From: Macrostomum lignano
Taxonomy: Eukaryota
Direction of reading: 5' to 3'
DNA length: 58,736 nt
NCBI GenBank assembly: GCA_002269645.1
Contig: NIVC01003593.1
Location: 1-58,736 of the forward strand
Shown here in pieces: positions 25,320 through 38,502 of the stretch. The notes below the pieces were generated by a model. That model was not told where the DNA came from. It ran no database searches and worked only from the letters and a program-made list of their open reading frames with translations. Positions within the stretch are counted from its first letter, which is position 1. Every line of letters starts with the position of its first letter. A program made the position numbers and the translations under genes.

Positions 25320-28150
25320 TCAGGTGAACCTGAGGGTCAGCTTGTAAGCCAGCCGAGTGCAAGTCTGGCCAGACACAAAAAACTTGCACCGCTTCTTCTC
25401 CAACGGCGCCAAACTGTAGCCGGCATCGCTCAGGTCCGAGTGCAGGCTGCGCATCAGCGTCTCCTCGTCTGCTGCGCCCGGCCAGGGACCGAATTTCACG
25501 TGGGCGGTCTCGGCCACGCAGCTGGCGTGCTGGGGGGTGGCCTGCAAGGCGATGGGGGATTATTGTCACGGACTCACGGTGTCTCACTATATGACTCTCA
25601 CTATGACTCTCACTCTATGACTCTCACGGTGTCTCACTCTATGACTCTCACAGTGTCTCACTCTATGACTCTCACGGTGTCTCACTCTATGACTCTCACA
25701 GTGTCTCACTCTATGACTCTCACAGTGTCTCACTCTATGACTCTCACAGTGTCTCACTCTATGACTCTCACAGTGTCCCAAACTCTGACTCAGTGTCACA
25801 AAATCTATGACTCACAGTGCCACACACTCTATGACTCACAGTGCCACACACTCTATGACTCACAGTCCCACACACTCTATGACTCAATGACTTAATGACT
25901 CACAGTGCCACACACTCTATGACTCACAGTGCCACACACTCTATGACTCACAGTGCCACACTCTCTCTGACTCACAGTGCCACACACACTACGACTCACA
26001 GTGCCACACACTCTCTGACTCACAGTGCCACACACTATGACTCACAGTGCCACACACTCTCTGACTCGCAGTGCCACATACTATGACTCACAGTGCCACA
26101 CTCTATGACTCACAGTGCCACACACTCTCTGCCTCACAGTCCCACACACACTACGACTCACAGTGCCACACACTCTCTGACCTGACTCACATTACCACTC
26201 ACCTGCAGCCTATGCGGCCATATGAGCAGATCGGCGCAGCGAGTAACGGCGCCCACCTCGATAGCGGCCGCAATGACTCGAGCCCTCAGATCGGCATAAT
26301 CGCCAAACTGTTCCTCGTGTCGCTGTCTGACAATCTCCTTAGCAACGGCTGGCGTCACCGCCAGAGCCTCTTGCAGGCCGGCAAGGCCAAAGTAGCCGGC
26401 CTCCTGGTACACGGGCAGGGCCGCTTCGTTAGGCGGCAGTTTGCCGTGCCTGAGATAGTCCAGAATGTAGCCGAAGTACACGCCGTTGGTGTCGATGAAG
26501 TAGTAGCCGTGACGGTCCCGCTGCATCTCGTGCCGACCTGGCGATTAGCGAGATCAAATTAAAAGTGTCGCAAATTTAATCTTAGACTGAGGCTTTAGAT
26601 TGAGACTTTCAGACACGAAGTCAGGTATATTAGGTATATATACATGGGTAGACAGACTGAGTGACAGACAGATTACACAGACTGAGTGATAGCTTGAGTG
26701 ACAGATTGAGTACACAGACTGAGTGACATATTGAGTACACAGATTGAGTGACAGATTGAGTACACAGACTGAGTGACAGATTGAGTACACAGACTGAGTG
26801 ACATATTGAGTACACAGATTGAGTGACATATTGAGTACACAGACTGAGTGACAGATTGAGTACACAGACTGAGTGACATATTGAGTACACAGATTGAGTG
26901 ACATATTGAGTACACAGACTGAGTGACAGATTGAGTACACAGACTGAGTGATAGCTTGAGTGACAGATTGAGTACACAGACTGAGTGACATATTGAGTAC
27001 ACAGACTGAGTGATAGCTTGAGTGACATATTGAGTACACAGACTGAGTGACAGATTGAGTACACAGACTGAGTGACAGATTGAGTACACAGACTGAGTGA
27101 CAGATTGAGTGACAGATTGAGTACACAGACTGAGTGACAGATTGAGTACACAGACTGAGTAATAGCTTGAGTGGCATATTGAGTACACAGACTGAGTGAC
27201 AGACCGAGTGACAGACTGAGTACGCAGACCGAGTGACAGACCGAGTGACATTGAGTACACAGACTGAGTGACATATTGAGTACACAGACTGAGTGACATA
27301 TTGAGTACACAGACTGAGTAATAGCTTGAGTGACAGATTGAGTACACAGACTGAGTGATAGCTTGAGTGACATATTGAGTACACAGACTGAGTGACATAT
27401 TGAGTACACAGACTGAGTGACAGATTGAGTACACAGACTGAGTGACAGATTGAGTACACAGACTGAGTGACAGATTGAGTGACAGATTGAGTACACAGAC
27501 TGAGTGACAGATTGAGTACACAGACTGAGTAATAGCTTGAGTGACATATTGAGTACACAGACTGAGTGACATATTGAGTACACAGACTGAGTGACAGATT
27601 GAGTACACAGACTAAGTGACAGACTGAGTAAGCAGACCGAATACACAGACTGAGTACACAGACCGAGCGACAAGACTGAGTGACAGATTGAGTACACAGA
27701 CCGAGTGACAGACCGGGTGACTAACTGAGCAGCACCGAGCAGCGCATCACCTGAAAACATGGCAGCCAACATTGAGTCAGGCTCCTTGAGCAGAGTGCTC
27801 CGCCTAGTAATATAGCTGACACCGCCAACGTTGAGCGGCACCACAGCCGGGCACTGATAGGTAGATTGCTGCTTCTGCTGTTGCCTCTGCTGTCTTTGAT
27901 GCTTCTGCTGCTGCTGGTTGGAGCCGACGCTCTCCATATCGTTGAAATCGACGCCAGCGGCGGCTAAAGGCAAAACTCGACGACTTTCGGGGCTACGCGG
28001 CGCGGTCAAACTCGAAGCGGACTGGCGCCTTGACGTCGCCCAGCGATTGGCATCGTCGCCGTTGACGCCGATGGCGACAGACGCAGATTTGGCTTTGAAA
28101 TCTTCTTCTTCAGTGCTGCTGCCACTGCTAGTGGCGAGTGGCAAAGACAT
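25320..28150 (-). CDS. KCTD-family BTB/POZ (T1-type) protein, KCTD7/KCTD14-like
   Basis: Exons (minus) 28150-27751 (upstream ATG at 28207 also in frame), 26537-26203, 25541-25320. Joined sequence VVPLNVGGVSYITRRSTLLKEPDSMLAAMFSGRHEMQRDRHGYYFIDTNGVYFGYILDYLRHGKLP..VYQEAGYFGL is a canonical KCTD BTB. Confidence 0.88.
25580..26185. repeat. KCTD intronic ~24-bp minisatellite (two variants)
   Basis: ctcactctatgactctcacagtgt, then cacactctatgactcacagtgcca units. Confidence 0.92.
26650..27725. repeat. KCTD intronic 25-bp minisatellite
   Basis: actgagtgacagattgagtacacag units. Confidence 0.95.
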
Positions 28151-28369
28151 TTTTGAGCTGCAATCAGGCGTGTGAAATTTGATTCTATTTGTTAATATAT
28201 TTGACATTCGTATTTGTTTTCTCTCCTACTATTCTACTATATATCCAGTATAGTAGTAAGCTATGAAAGTTTCACTTATTATTTATTTAGAATGATGAAC
28301 TGTTAAATATTTTATTGTGATTATAATTAAGACAGATTTTTATGACTATAGTTAAAATTGATTTACGAC

Positions 28370-28830
28370 TATAATCAAGACTGATTTATGACTATAATCA
28401 AGACTGATTTATGATTATAATCAAGACTGATTTATGATTATAATCAAGACTGATTTATGATTATAATCAAGACTGATTTATGACTATAATCAAGACTGAT
28501 TTATGATTATAATCGAGACTGATTTATGACTATAATCAAGACTGATTTATGACTATAATCAAGACTGATTTATGATTATAATCAAGACTGATTTATGATT
28601 ATAATCAAGACTGATTTATGACTATAATCAAGACTGATTTATGATTATAATCGAGACTGATTTATGACTATAATCAAGACTGATTTATGACTATAATCAA
28701 GACTGATTTATGATTATAATCAAGACTGATTTATGATTATAATCAAGACTGATTTATGACTATAATCAAGACTGATTTATGACTATAATCAAGACTGATT
28801 TATGACTATAATCAAGACTGATTTATGATT
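28370..28830. repeat. Intergenic 23-bp minisatellite (about 20 copies)
   Basis: actataatcaagactgatttatg units. Confidence 0.95.
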
Positions 28831-29347
28831 ACAATTAAGGCTGCTTAAGATTTCACCTCTAATGAACAAACTAAGTATGTAGATAAGTGCAATAAAAAGT
28901 ACAAACACAAAGACTACTAACATTGCAGATTAAACGAAAATGTTGTGTGCAGCACTTGTATTTCTTAACTTGAACGATCGCACATTCTGGTTCAGTTTCT
29001 AGGATAATTATAGATAAGTAACCCTTTAATATTATTTGCAATTAATTATCATATTCTTGCAAGAACAAAAGAAAGAAGCACACATGATTGATACTTTTGA
29101 CTAAGAATCTGTCTCTCCGCTCCATCAGTGCTTGAGAAACTGCTTAAAAATAAATAAACGAATTACTAATGACACAGTAGATAAAGGAAACACACGAACA
29201 ACAAGCTGAATTAAACCTAGCTGTTAATATATTGGACTATCGTACATCTGCAATGAAATTATGACAGATGAGATAAGCAAAAACACGACCACCAGTCTTA
29301 TTTACACTTGTATAGACACAGCTACCATAGCGGCCAAGAAATTGTGC

Positions 29348-31021
29348 TCAAAGTTTAAAAGCCTTCGGCGCAGGTCCGTCAGCAGCTACTGTGCGCCGCT
29401 TGCCCCCTCCAGCGCCTCCAGCGCCGCCCCCGCCTCCAATCATATTCTGAATCTGATTCCACTGCTTATTCAGCTCGGCCTTCTCGTCCTTCTGTCCGGC
29501 CAGCTCCCGGCGTCGGGTCTTGCGCCCGTCGGACATTTTCACGCCGTATTGAAAAGCGGCCTTGGGCAAGGCCTCCTTGCTGGCCATGAACGAAGCGTAC
29601 TGATCGGGATCCTCGAAATCCCATCGATTAATCGGGCCTTTTTTCTTGCCAACGTCCATTTTAGTATAGTCAGTCTCATCGTCCGAGTCGCCCATAGCGT
29701 CGTAGGATTCCACGTAGCCCGGGTAGCATTCGTCGTAGCCGCTGGCTTCGTTGCGAATGGCCGCTCTGGCCGCCTGCTTTCGCTGCTGACGGGCAGTAGT
29801 CAGATCGCCCTGCACCGGCTGTTGCTGCTGCTCAGGCTGTATCAGCTGCTCCGTGGAATCCGCCACCCGATTTAATTCGCCAACCACTGCGGCAGCGGCT
29901 TTTGCCGTTGTTGGCGGGCGCCACATCGACTCGCGCTGCAGGTCGGGGTCGGTGGCGTCGAAATAGGCGCGAGACGAGGCCGACGGCGCCGCTGCTGATG
30001 GCCTATCGCGGTCACGGTGTCTGTCACGATCGCGTTCGCGATAGTGGCCGCGGTCGCGGTCACGGTCACGGTCGCGGTCACGGTCTCGGTGATCTCTGTC
30101 GCCGTGATCGCGATGATCTCGGTCGCGACCGCTGTTGAATGACATTTAGGTGTACAAATATTAATCATCTATTGCAGATTTAGTATGGTCTATAAATTGA
30201 AAGCTTAAGGAATGCGGAGATGCCATGGCTCAATGGGGAGATGCCATGACTCAATGGGGAGATGTCATGACTCAATGGGGAGATGCCATGACTCAATGGG
30301 GAGATGCCATGACTCAATGGGGAGATGCCATGACTCAATGGGGAGATGCCATGACTCAATGGGGAGATGCCATGACTCAATGGGGAGATGCCATGACTCA
30401 ATGGGGAGATGCTTCTCATGAGATGCCATGACTCAATGGGGAGATGCCATGACTCAATGGGGAGATGCCATGACTCAATGGGGAGATGCTTCTCATGAGA
30501 TGCCATGACTCAATGGGGAAATGCCATGACTCAATGGGGAGATGCCATGACTCAATGGGGAGATGCCATGACTCAATGGGGAGATGCCATGACTCAATGG
30601 GGAGATGCCATGACTCAATGGGGAGATGTCATGACTCAATGGTGAGATGCTGAGATGCCATGACTCAATGGGGAGATGCTTCTCATGAGATGCCATGACT
30701 CAATGGGGAGATGCCATGACTCAATGGGGAGATGCCATGGCTCAATGAAGAATTGCTGAGATGCCAAGGTGAAGTCTGATCAGTCTAGACTATCTCTGAC
30801 TGATGCTATAAACGCAAGTAAAAGTAAAATTCATAGCAATCAACACTTACCGTTTATACCCGGAATCCCGGTCCCGGTAGTCCCTCTCGCGATCCCTATC
30901 CCGGTCCCGGTCCCGGCCGGAGCGCGAACTTGCAGTGTTAGCCAGCTCGTCTTCATCGTAGATTGAGTAGCCAGCTCCGGCAGATCCAGACGGTCCAGCG
31001 ACAGAGGAACCAGTCAGCTGC

Positions 31022-31064
<43 letters not shown>

Positions 31065-33453
31065 TGGCCTTCTTAGCCTGTCGCTTACCAACACGCAGAT
31101 AGCTGATAATCTGCGCCAGCTTATTAATAATAATATCGTTAGTAGTGACAGAACTGTCCGGGCCTGTCGGGCACTCGGCTTTGCTACGAATAATTGTTGT
31201 TGGCACGTCGAATTCGGCGAATTCCTCTTCGAGATCGATTCGATAGGCCATGCGACCTGGCGCGAACTTCATCACGGGAGAGGGCGGGTGGGGCTGGGTT
31301 AGTTTAGCCTAGAGGGCCAGAATAAAGAGCCTAGCTAATTACCACGGGCCAGATGAGACATGAAAGGGAACAAAGGTGCAGAGACAGAATAGGAAAGAGG
31401 GGATGAAAAAAGAGAGATGATGAGAGAAGATAAAAAGGAAAAGAAGAGAGGAGAAGAAAAGATGAAATTAGAGAGCAGAGAGAGAAGGGGAAGAGAAAAA
31501 GAGAAAAGAAAAAGAAAAGAAGCCGGAGAGAGGATCGAGAGGAGAGAGAAGTTCAAGAGGAGGGAAGAGAGGATCGAGCGAAGGGGAGGAGAGGGGAGGA
31601 GAGAGAGGAGAGGAGAGAGAAGAGGAGAGAGAGAAGAGGAGAGAGAAGAGGGGAGAGAAGAGAGAGAGAAGGGATCAAGAGAAGAGGGCAGAGAGGATTG
31701 AGAGAGGAGAGAAGAGAAGAGAGAGGAGAGAAGAGAGAGAGGATAGAGAAGAGTCCTGAGTAAAGTTATGTTCTGACACAAAAAACCCAGTGGCGGGGGC
31801 GGATATTGTAAACATTCTAATTGTTCCGTCTGCAGCATTTTAAAATCGACTGTCTGATTTTTTGGTTTTTAAAAATCAACCGTAAAAAGGTATGGTGTTT
31901 TTTACGTCCGTAAAAGTCAATTAACTATATAAAGATATCTATGTCCGCACAAACTACTAACTAAAAAGTAGCTTTAAAGGAAAATAAATATATTAAATAA
32001 TCTCACCAAGTCGTTCCGCTGCAACGGCCGGTTGCGATCTAGCAGGACTCTCATCACCGACCGGCCCAGCGCCGTCTTGGTGTTGGCAACCGCTGCTGCA
32101 GCTGCCGCTGAGGCGGCCGACGAAGCAGACGCGGCCGAAGCCGCCGTAGCAGCGGCGGCAGCCTCGGCAGCTGCGGCCGCGGCGGCGACTTCGTCAACGT
32201 CGACTGCGGCAATTCGACCGCCGCCGATGCCGACACCGCCAACATCGCCGCCGGCGTCGATGCCTTCGGTGTCGCCGGACAACTCTGCGGCGACAATTCG
32301 AGCTCGAGTTTTGTCTAGCAGGGCATAGTCAAGGCCCTTCACCAGGTGAGTGTGGTCCATGTCGCCACCCAGGTATTTGCTCTCCTCGATCAGTTGGCGG
32401 CGGCGCTCGGCGCTGGCCGCAGTCTGCTGGACTTCGCCGGCGCCGGGTGCAACGGATCTGCAGATGTGGTGGCGCATAAAGTACTATTTATTGCCTACAT
32501 TAGTATACTCGCTCCGAACGAAACTCATTGTTAACTGATTACCACGTGGTACTGTGAGGATCTGGGAGGCTCGCCCAGAAATTGAGGATCTAGGAGGCTC
32601 GCCCAGAAATTGAGGATCTGGGAGGCTGGCCCAGAAATTGAGGATCTGGGAGGCTGGCCCAGCAACTGAGGATCTGGGAGGCTGGCCCAGCAACTGAGGA
32701 TCTGGGAGGCTGGCCCAGCAACTGAGGATCTGGGAGGCTGGCCCAGCAACTGAGGATCTGGGAGGCTGGCCCAGCAACTGAGGATCTGGGAGGCTGGCCC
32801 AGCAACTGAGGATCTGGGAGGCTGGCCCAACAACTGAGGATCTGGGAGGCTGGCCCAACAACTGAGGATCTGGGAGGCTGGCCCAACAACTGAGGATCCT
32901 TGGGCGGTGGTTTCGAGGGAGACCTGGGACAGGGTCTCAGACCTCAGACCAGCAGTACGCCAGGAAGCCCCCCCCACCTGTAATCGGTGGTGGCCGACAC
33001 CTCCAGTTCAGCGCCGCCGCCGGCCCGCCGCTCCTTGGCGCGGTCCCGATAGGCATCCCCGCCTGCGGCGTCCCCGTCGGCCCCCTCGCCACGACCCTCG
33101 GCGGCCTCCTTCTTGGCCCGCTGCTTGGCCAGCCAGGCCGCTTTTTTCTTTTTCCGTTCGCTGGCGGCGGCCGAGTCTGTTGGCCGCTTCGGTCGGACAA
33201 AGGTGCCGCCGCCGGTGGCGGCAGTGGACGCCGAACCTGGCGTCTCCGCAGCCACAGCACCGGAGGAGCCGCTGGAAGCCCGCGGCGTGTTCAACAATCG
33301 ACGAAAATCGTCATTAGTCAGTCGTTGAGACTGCACCCGTTGAGACGAGTCGTTGCTAGGGGAAAAGTCGCCGCCGCCGCCTTCGCTTCTGCCAGCGGAG
33401 ACGTCGTGATCGGCCGGGGCGATTGGATTGTGAAAAGCCTCCGCTTCGGTCAT
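29348..33453 (-). CDS. IK: Protein RED (IK), spliceosomal B-complex factor
   Basis: Exons (minus) 33453-32978, 32457-32007, 31266-30851, 30131-29348. Motifs LTNDDFRRLLNTPR, YRDRAKERR, ESKYLGGDMDHTHLVKGLDYALL, NDLFAPGRMAY, DVPTTIIRSKAECP, RD repeats, YDECYPG, KGPINRWDFE, KEALPKAAFQYGVKMSDGRKTR. Confidence 0.95.
30210..30750. repeat. IK intronic 21-bp minisatellite
   Basis: agatgccatgactcaatgggg units. Confidence 0.95.
31375..31755. repeat. IK intronic GA-rich low-complexity tract
   Basis: Purine-only stretch on +. Confidence 0.9.
32555..32900. repeat. IK intronic 28-bp minisatellite
   Basis: actgaggatctgggaggctggcccagca units. Confidence 0.95.
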
Positions 33454-33629
33454 TGTCTCGGTGTTTTATTTATTAATTATTAATTATGGTGTCACGGATT
33501 TTCGGTACACTAGGCGACAATCAAAGTAGTTCGAGTAGGTTGCAGAAAAAAATGAACTTAACTCCATTGTAGCACGTCTTGAATTGAGTTATCTTACAGA
33601 TTAGAGACTATAGAGGATCTTTAAGAAAT

Positions 33630-34890
33630 ATTAGGGAATCAGGGATGGGGTGGTGGCACAAACTGGGGATCAGGGATGGGGTGGTGGCTCAAACTGGGGA
33701 TCAGGGATGGGGTGGTGGCTCAAACTGGGGATTAAGGATGGGGTGGTGGCTCCAACTGGGGATCAGGCATGGGATGGCAGCTCAAGCTGGGGATCAGGGA
33801 TGGGATAGCAGCTCAAGCTGGGGATCAGGGATGGGATAGCAGCTCAAGCTGGGGATCAGGGATGGGATAGCAGCTCAAGCTGGGGATCAGGGATGGGATA
33901 GCAGCTCAAGCTGGGGATCAGGGATGGGAAAGCAGCTCAAGCTAAGGATCAGGGATGGGATAGCAGCTCAAGCTGGGGATCAGGGATGGGATAGCAGCTC
34001 AAGCTGGGGATCAGGGATGGGAAAGCAGCTCAAGCTAAGGATCAGGGATGGGATAGCAGCTCAAGCTGGGGATCAGGGATGGGATAGCAGCTCAAGCTGG
34101 GGATCAGGGATGGGATAGCAGCTCAAGCTGGGGATCAGGGATGGGATAGCAGCTCAAGCTGGGGATCAGGGATGGGAAAGCAGCTCAAGCTAAGGATCAG
34201 GGATGGGAAAGCAGCTCAAGCTAAGGATCAGGGATGGGATAGCAGCTCAAGCTGGGGATCAGGGATGGGAAAGCAGCTCAAGCTAAGGATCAGGGATGGG
34301 ATAGCAGCTCAAGCTGGGGATCAGGGATGGGAAAGCAGCTCAAGCTAAGGATCAGGGATGGGATAGCAGCTCAAGCTGGGGATCAGGGATAGGAAAACAG
34401 CTCAAGCTGGGGATCAGGGATGGGATAGCAGCTCAAGCTGGGGATCAGGGATGGGATAGCAGCTCAAGCTGGGGATCAGGGATGGGATAGCAGCTCAAGC
34501 TGGGGATCAGGGATGGGATAGCAGCTCAAGCTGGGGATCAGGGATGGGATAGCAGCTCAAGCTGGGGATCAGGGATGGGATAGCAGCTCAAGCTGGGGAT
34601 CAGGGATGGGATAGCAGCTCAAGCTGGGGATCAGGGATGGGAAAGCAGCTCAAGCTAAGGATCAGGGATGGGATAGCAGCTCAAGCTGGGGATCAGGGAT
34701 GGGAAAGCAGCTCAAGCTGGGGATCAGGGATGGGATAGCAGCTCAAGCTGGGGATCAGGGATGGGATAGCAGCTCAAGCTGGGGATCAGGGATGGGATAG
34801 CAGCTCAAGCTGGGGATCAGGGATGGGATAGCAGCTCAAGCTGGGGATCAGGGATGGGATAGCAGCTCAAGCTGGGGATCAGGGATGGCA
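33630..34890. repeat. Intergenic 31-bp G-rich minisatellite
   Basis: ggggatcagggatgggatagcagctcaagct units. Confidence 0.95.
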
Positions 34891-35682
34891 ATTAAAAATC
34901 GGAGGAAAATGCTGTGCAAAGCAGTGACAATCGACAACACACTTGAAAGCAAATATCAAATATATATAACAATGAATGGAAATCGTTCTGTAAAGACAAC
35001 AAAATTCATACAATTTTCACAACTTTTTAACATGTCAAACGCTTCATAAAACTTTGCAAGTCAACCAGAGAAGCACTGAACTACCGGTACACGCTAAATA
35101 CTAACCCTATTACTTGTCAGTAGCGAGCATCGCCTCCAAATCAGATTACCTCTACTTTCGTTAAACCTCGTCACGCAGTTTACTAGCGAAAAAATGTATT
35201 TACAAAATCAAAATGATACAATTATTGAATTGGAAAGACATTCATAAAACACAAATATGAAATAGTTTTAAAATAACATTTATAATCCAAATTTCGAGTG
35301 CAATATTTCTAGAAACTATATATAAGAAACGCCATTTCCTTCAACAAAGAGCGAAATTTTCCTAATAAAGAGGCTCTCATTCTTGAAGAACAATAGTTAA
35401 AAAGTGCCATTTTTAAAACTAGGAGTGCCATTTCTTAAAATGAAAGCGCCATTTACTAATTACGAGCGCCATTTTTGAACCGGAAGTGCCATTTCTAAAA
35501 ATGATTTGTCATTTAGAGTCCAGTTCAACTACAAATACATGTTTCTGCAAATTTGCTGTAAAATGGGTGCCGGCATTAGGTGGGGTAATTAAGGGTGTGT
35601 GGTAAACCCGCCCCGTAAACTAATTTATAATTTCCCACTAATTATGCTCCAACATCATATAAAGTGGTTCAGGGCACATTAA

Positions 35683-38502
35683 TTAACTGGGAAAATTGAG
35701 CTCCAGTGCGGACAGGGATCTCTGAGCGGGCCCAACAGCGGCGGCAGTGGCTGATGAAGTGCCGCCCTGACTGCGGCGCAGTTCGTCAAGCCGCTGTTTG
35801 AGTTCGAGCAGTTCGAGCAGCTGCTCACGGCTGACCAATTGTAGCAAATTCTGTTCCAGATCTTTCTGCTCCTGGGTTAGGCGCATCAGTGTCATCTGGA
35901 ATTAGGATAAAGTTCGAAAATGTGTGAGAAGGATTTGTGGCATATTTACAAAATGGATTTAATCTAAATTTTGGATCACCCAAAGAGTGGGGACTTTCAT
36001 AAATTTGAGATTTCCTCTAAAATAAGAATTTCTTCACAATTGAAACTTCCCCGAAAGTTAAGGCTCTTTTCTCGTAAATTAGAGTTTCCCCTAAAGTTGG
36101 AATTCCTCCAAAGTTAAGATTTCCATTACCCTAAAGTTTAATTAAATAGATATCTCTATAGTTCGAGATTTCCCCAGAGGGATTCCCCATAATGTGAGGA
36201 TTCCCTGAAGGTTAAGATTCCCCTAAATTTGGAATTCCCCCAAAGTTGGAATTCCCCCAAAGTTGGGACTCCCTTAAAGTTGGGATTTCCCCAAAAGTTG
36301 GGATTCCCCTAAAGTCGGATTACCCTAAAGTGGTACTGCGCTAAAGTTTACAATACCTGTATCTTCCAAAGCTCAATAGGCTCCTATATTCGTATGAAAT
36401 TTCCTATTCCCGAATGATACACTCACCTGCTCCGTAGTGTACTCATTCAACAATCGCTGGTGCTCAGCAAAAATCGCTTCGGACTCCGTGTGGCCGGGCA
36501 GAGCCTGCGGCGGCAGCAGTTCAACGGGCAGCTCCTCCCAGATGACGCGCATCAGTTGCAGCTGATCGCTGCCCTCCTGAGGGGTGGCCAGGCTGGGCAT
36601 TAGATGAGGCTCGTTTGTAACCAGCAGAGGCGGAATCTGCAAGTTCTGCTGTTGCTGCTGCTGCTGTTGTTGTTGCTGTCGAAGAGACGGCGGAGTCGGC
36701 GACTTGGAGCCGGATCGGGATCGCGGTTTCGGCAACGGTCGCAACGACATTGAAGCGCCAGCCGCAGGCGCTGGAGAAGCTTCCGGTATAACCATAGACG
36801 GCGGCGGCGGGTCCTCCGTCACCTCGACGTCGGCGTCGATCAGAGCTTCGTCCATTGGCCGACTGTCTTTAGAAGTGCCGACTTCGCCGACTCCGCCAGC
36901 CGCCGACGAGCCGACCTTCCCATCGACAGTGAAGGAGGCCTCTGTCTGAGGCTCGATAAGACCGTCGTGATAGCCGGGCAGCCGAGGCGCGACCAGTCCG
37001 AGCAGCTCGACTAGGCCGGTGATGGGCGGGCGCCTGGACGGCTCCTGGTGTAGACAGGCCGCCAGCAGGTTGCGCAGCGTCTCCGGACAGTCGCGAAACT
37101 GCGGCGGTCGCTGGCCGGCATGAATATGAAACATAATGCTGTAGCTGTTCATGTCTTTGAATGGCCGGCTGCGGGCCAGCACCTCCCACATCACCATGCC
37201 TAGGGAGTAGACGTCTACGCTGGGCGAATACCTGCATTGAAGATTGAGACAAATGGGGATTGGGTTCAAGCGGATTATGGACTGTGTATATGCGATAATA
37301 CTTGGGCTACGATCGTGCACCTCTAGATCTACCAATGACCCCAGACACCTCTAGATCAACCAATGACCCCAGATACATCTAGATCTACCAATGACCCTAG
37401 AAACCTCTAGATCTACCAATGACCCCAGACACCTCTAGATCTAACAATGACCCCAGACACCTCTAGATCTACCAATGACCCCAGACACTTCTAGATCAAC
37501 CAATGACCCCAGACACTTCTAGATCAACCAATGACCCCAGACACTTCTAGATCAACCAATGACCCCAGATACATCTAGATCTAAATGACCCGACACTTCT
37601 GGCTCTACCAATGACCCCAGACACCTCTAGATCTACCAATAACCCCAGATACCTCTAGATCTACCAATGACCCCAGATACCTCTAGATCAACCTACAACC
37701 AACAACCTACAACCTGCTAATGTCTTGGCCCCTGGTAGTGCCCCTCGCGGCAGAGCCCTAGTTTGGGCTGATCCGCGGGTAGCTAAGCTTCCCACCCCCG
37801 TTTAACAACAACAATCCACCATTGGCCCTGCGACTGCCCTCAAGACTCAAACAAAGAATCAAGAGATTAAGGCCAACAAAAGCAGTCAGACCTGTTATTA
37901 GTCAGAATCTCTGGCGCCATCCAAGCCACGGTGCCCTTACTCGAAGTCATATCCGTAGACTGCTCACGAACGGTGCCAAAATCGCAGACTTTGAGCACCC
38001 GGCCAGCATTAAACAGCAATAGATTCATACTTTTCAAATCTCGGTGAATAATAGGCCTAGGCTGATGCGCGTGCAGATAAGCAACGGCCTTGGCGCACTG
38101 CAGGAACCAGGAGAAAGCCAGCCCGATGCTGTAATCCACTGTCGGCCTGTTGTGCACCACGTCGGCCACGGTGCCAGAGTCGGCCAGCTCCATCACGTAG
38201 TACGGGCAGGCGAAATCGCTAGCCGATCCAGCGGACGAAGGTCGCTCGCCTTCTGTCGGGCCGAGCCAGACGCCAAATAGGCGAACAATATTCGGATGCT
38301 GGCAGCGAGCTAATAAACTCATTTCTTTCTGCAGACTGGCGACATCGCGCTGAGCATCGAACAGTTTAATAGCCACGTCGATGCCCTGCCAGCGGCCTCG
38401 ATAAACTGTACCGTAGGTGCCCCGGCCCAGCTGCTCGTGACCGCGACGGATATCGTCTGGCTGAATGACCATCACCATCTGGTGATCCGTTGTGGAGGAC
38501 AT
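35683..38502 (-). CDS. MAP3K7: TGF-beta-activated kinase 1 (TAK1) ortholog
   Basis: Exons (minus) 38502-37892, 37231-36427, 35895-35683. Motifs GRGTYG, VAIK, SWFLQCAKAVAYLH, IHRDLKSMNLLL, LKVCDFGT, KGTVAWMAPE, DVYSLG. C-terminal coiled coil EAIFAEHQRLLNEYTTEQMTLMRLTQEQKDL resembles the TAK1 TAB2/3-binding helix. Confidence 0.9.
36050..36340. repeat. TAK1 intronic degenerate ~20-bp repeat
   Basis: aaagttgggattcccc-like units. Confidence 0.7.
37320..37690. repeat. TAK1 intronic ~28-bp minisatellite
   Basis: acctctagatctaccaatgaccccagac units. Confidence 0.92.
37727..37814 (+). mobile_element. (AAC)n-tailed retroposon family, short 3' fragment (copy 3)
   Basis: ggcccctggtagtgcccc..gcggcagagccc..gggctgatccgcgggtagc..cccacccccgtttaacaacaacaa, matching the 3' ends of copies 1 and 2 in the VKR intron. 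Confidence 0.8.

Noticed and set aside
29261-29875. 204-aa plus-strand ORF and other antisense ORFs over GC-rich exons
   Set aside because: These are shadow ORFs opposite IK, BLMH, TAK1 and VKR exons.
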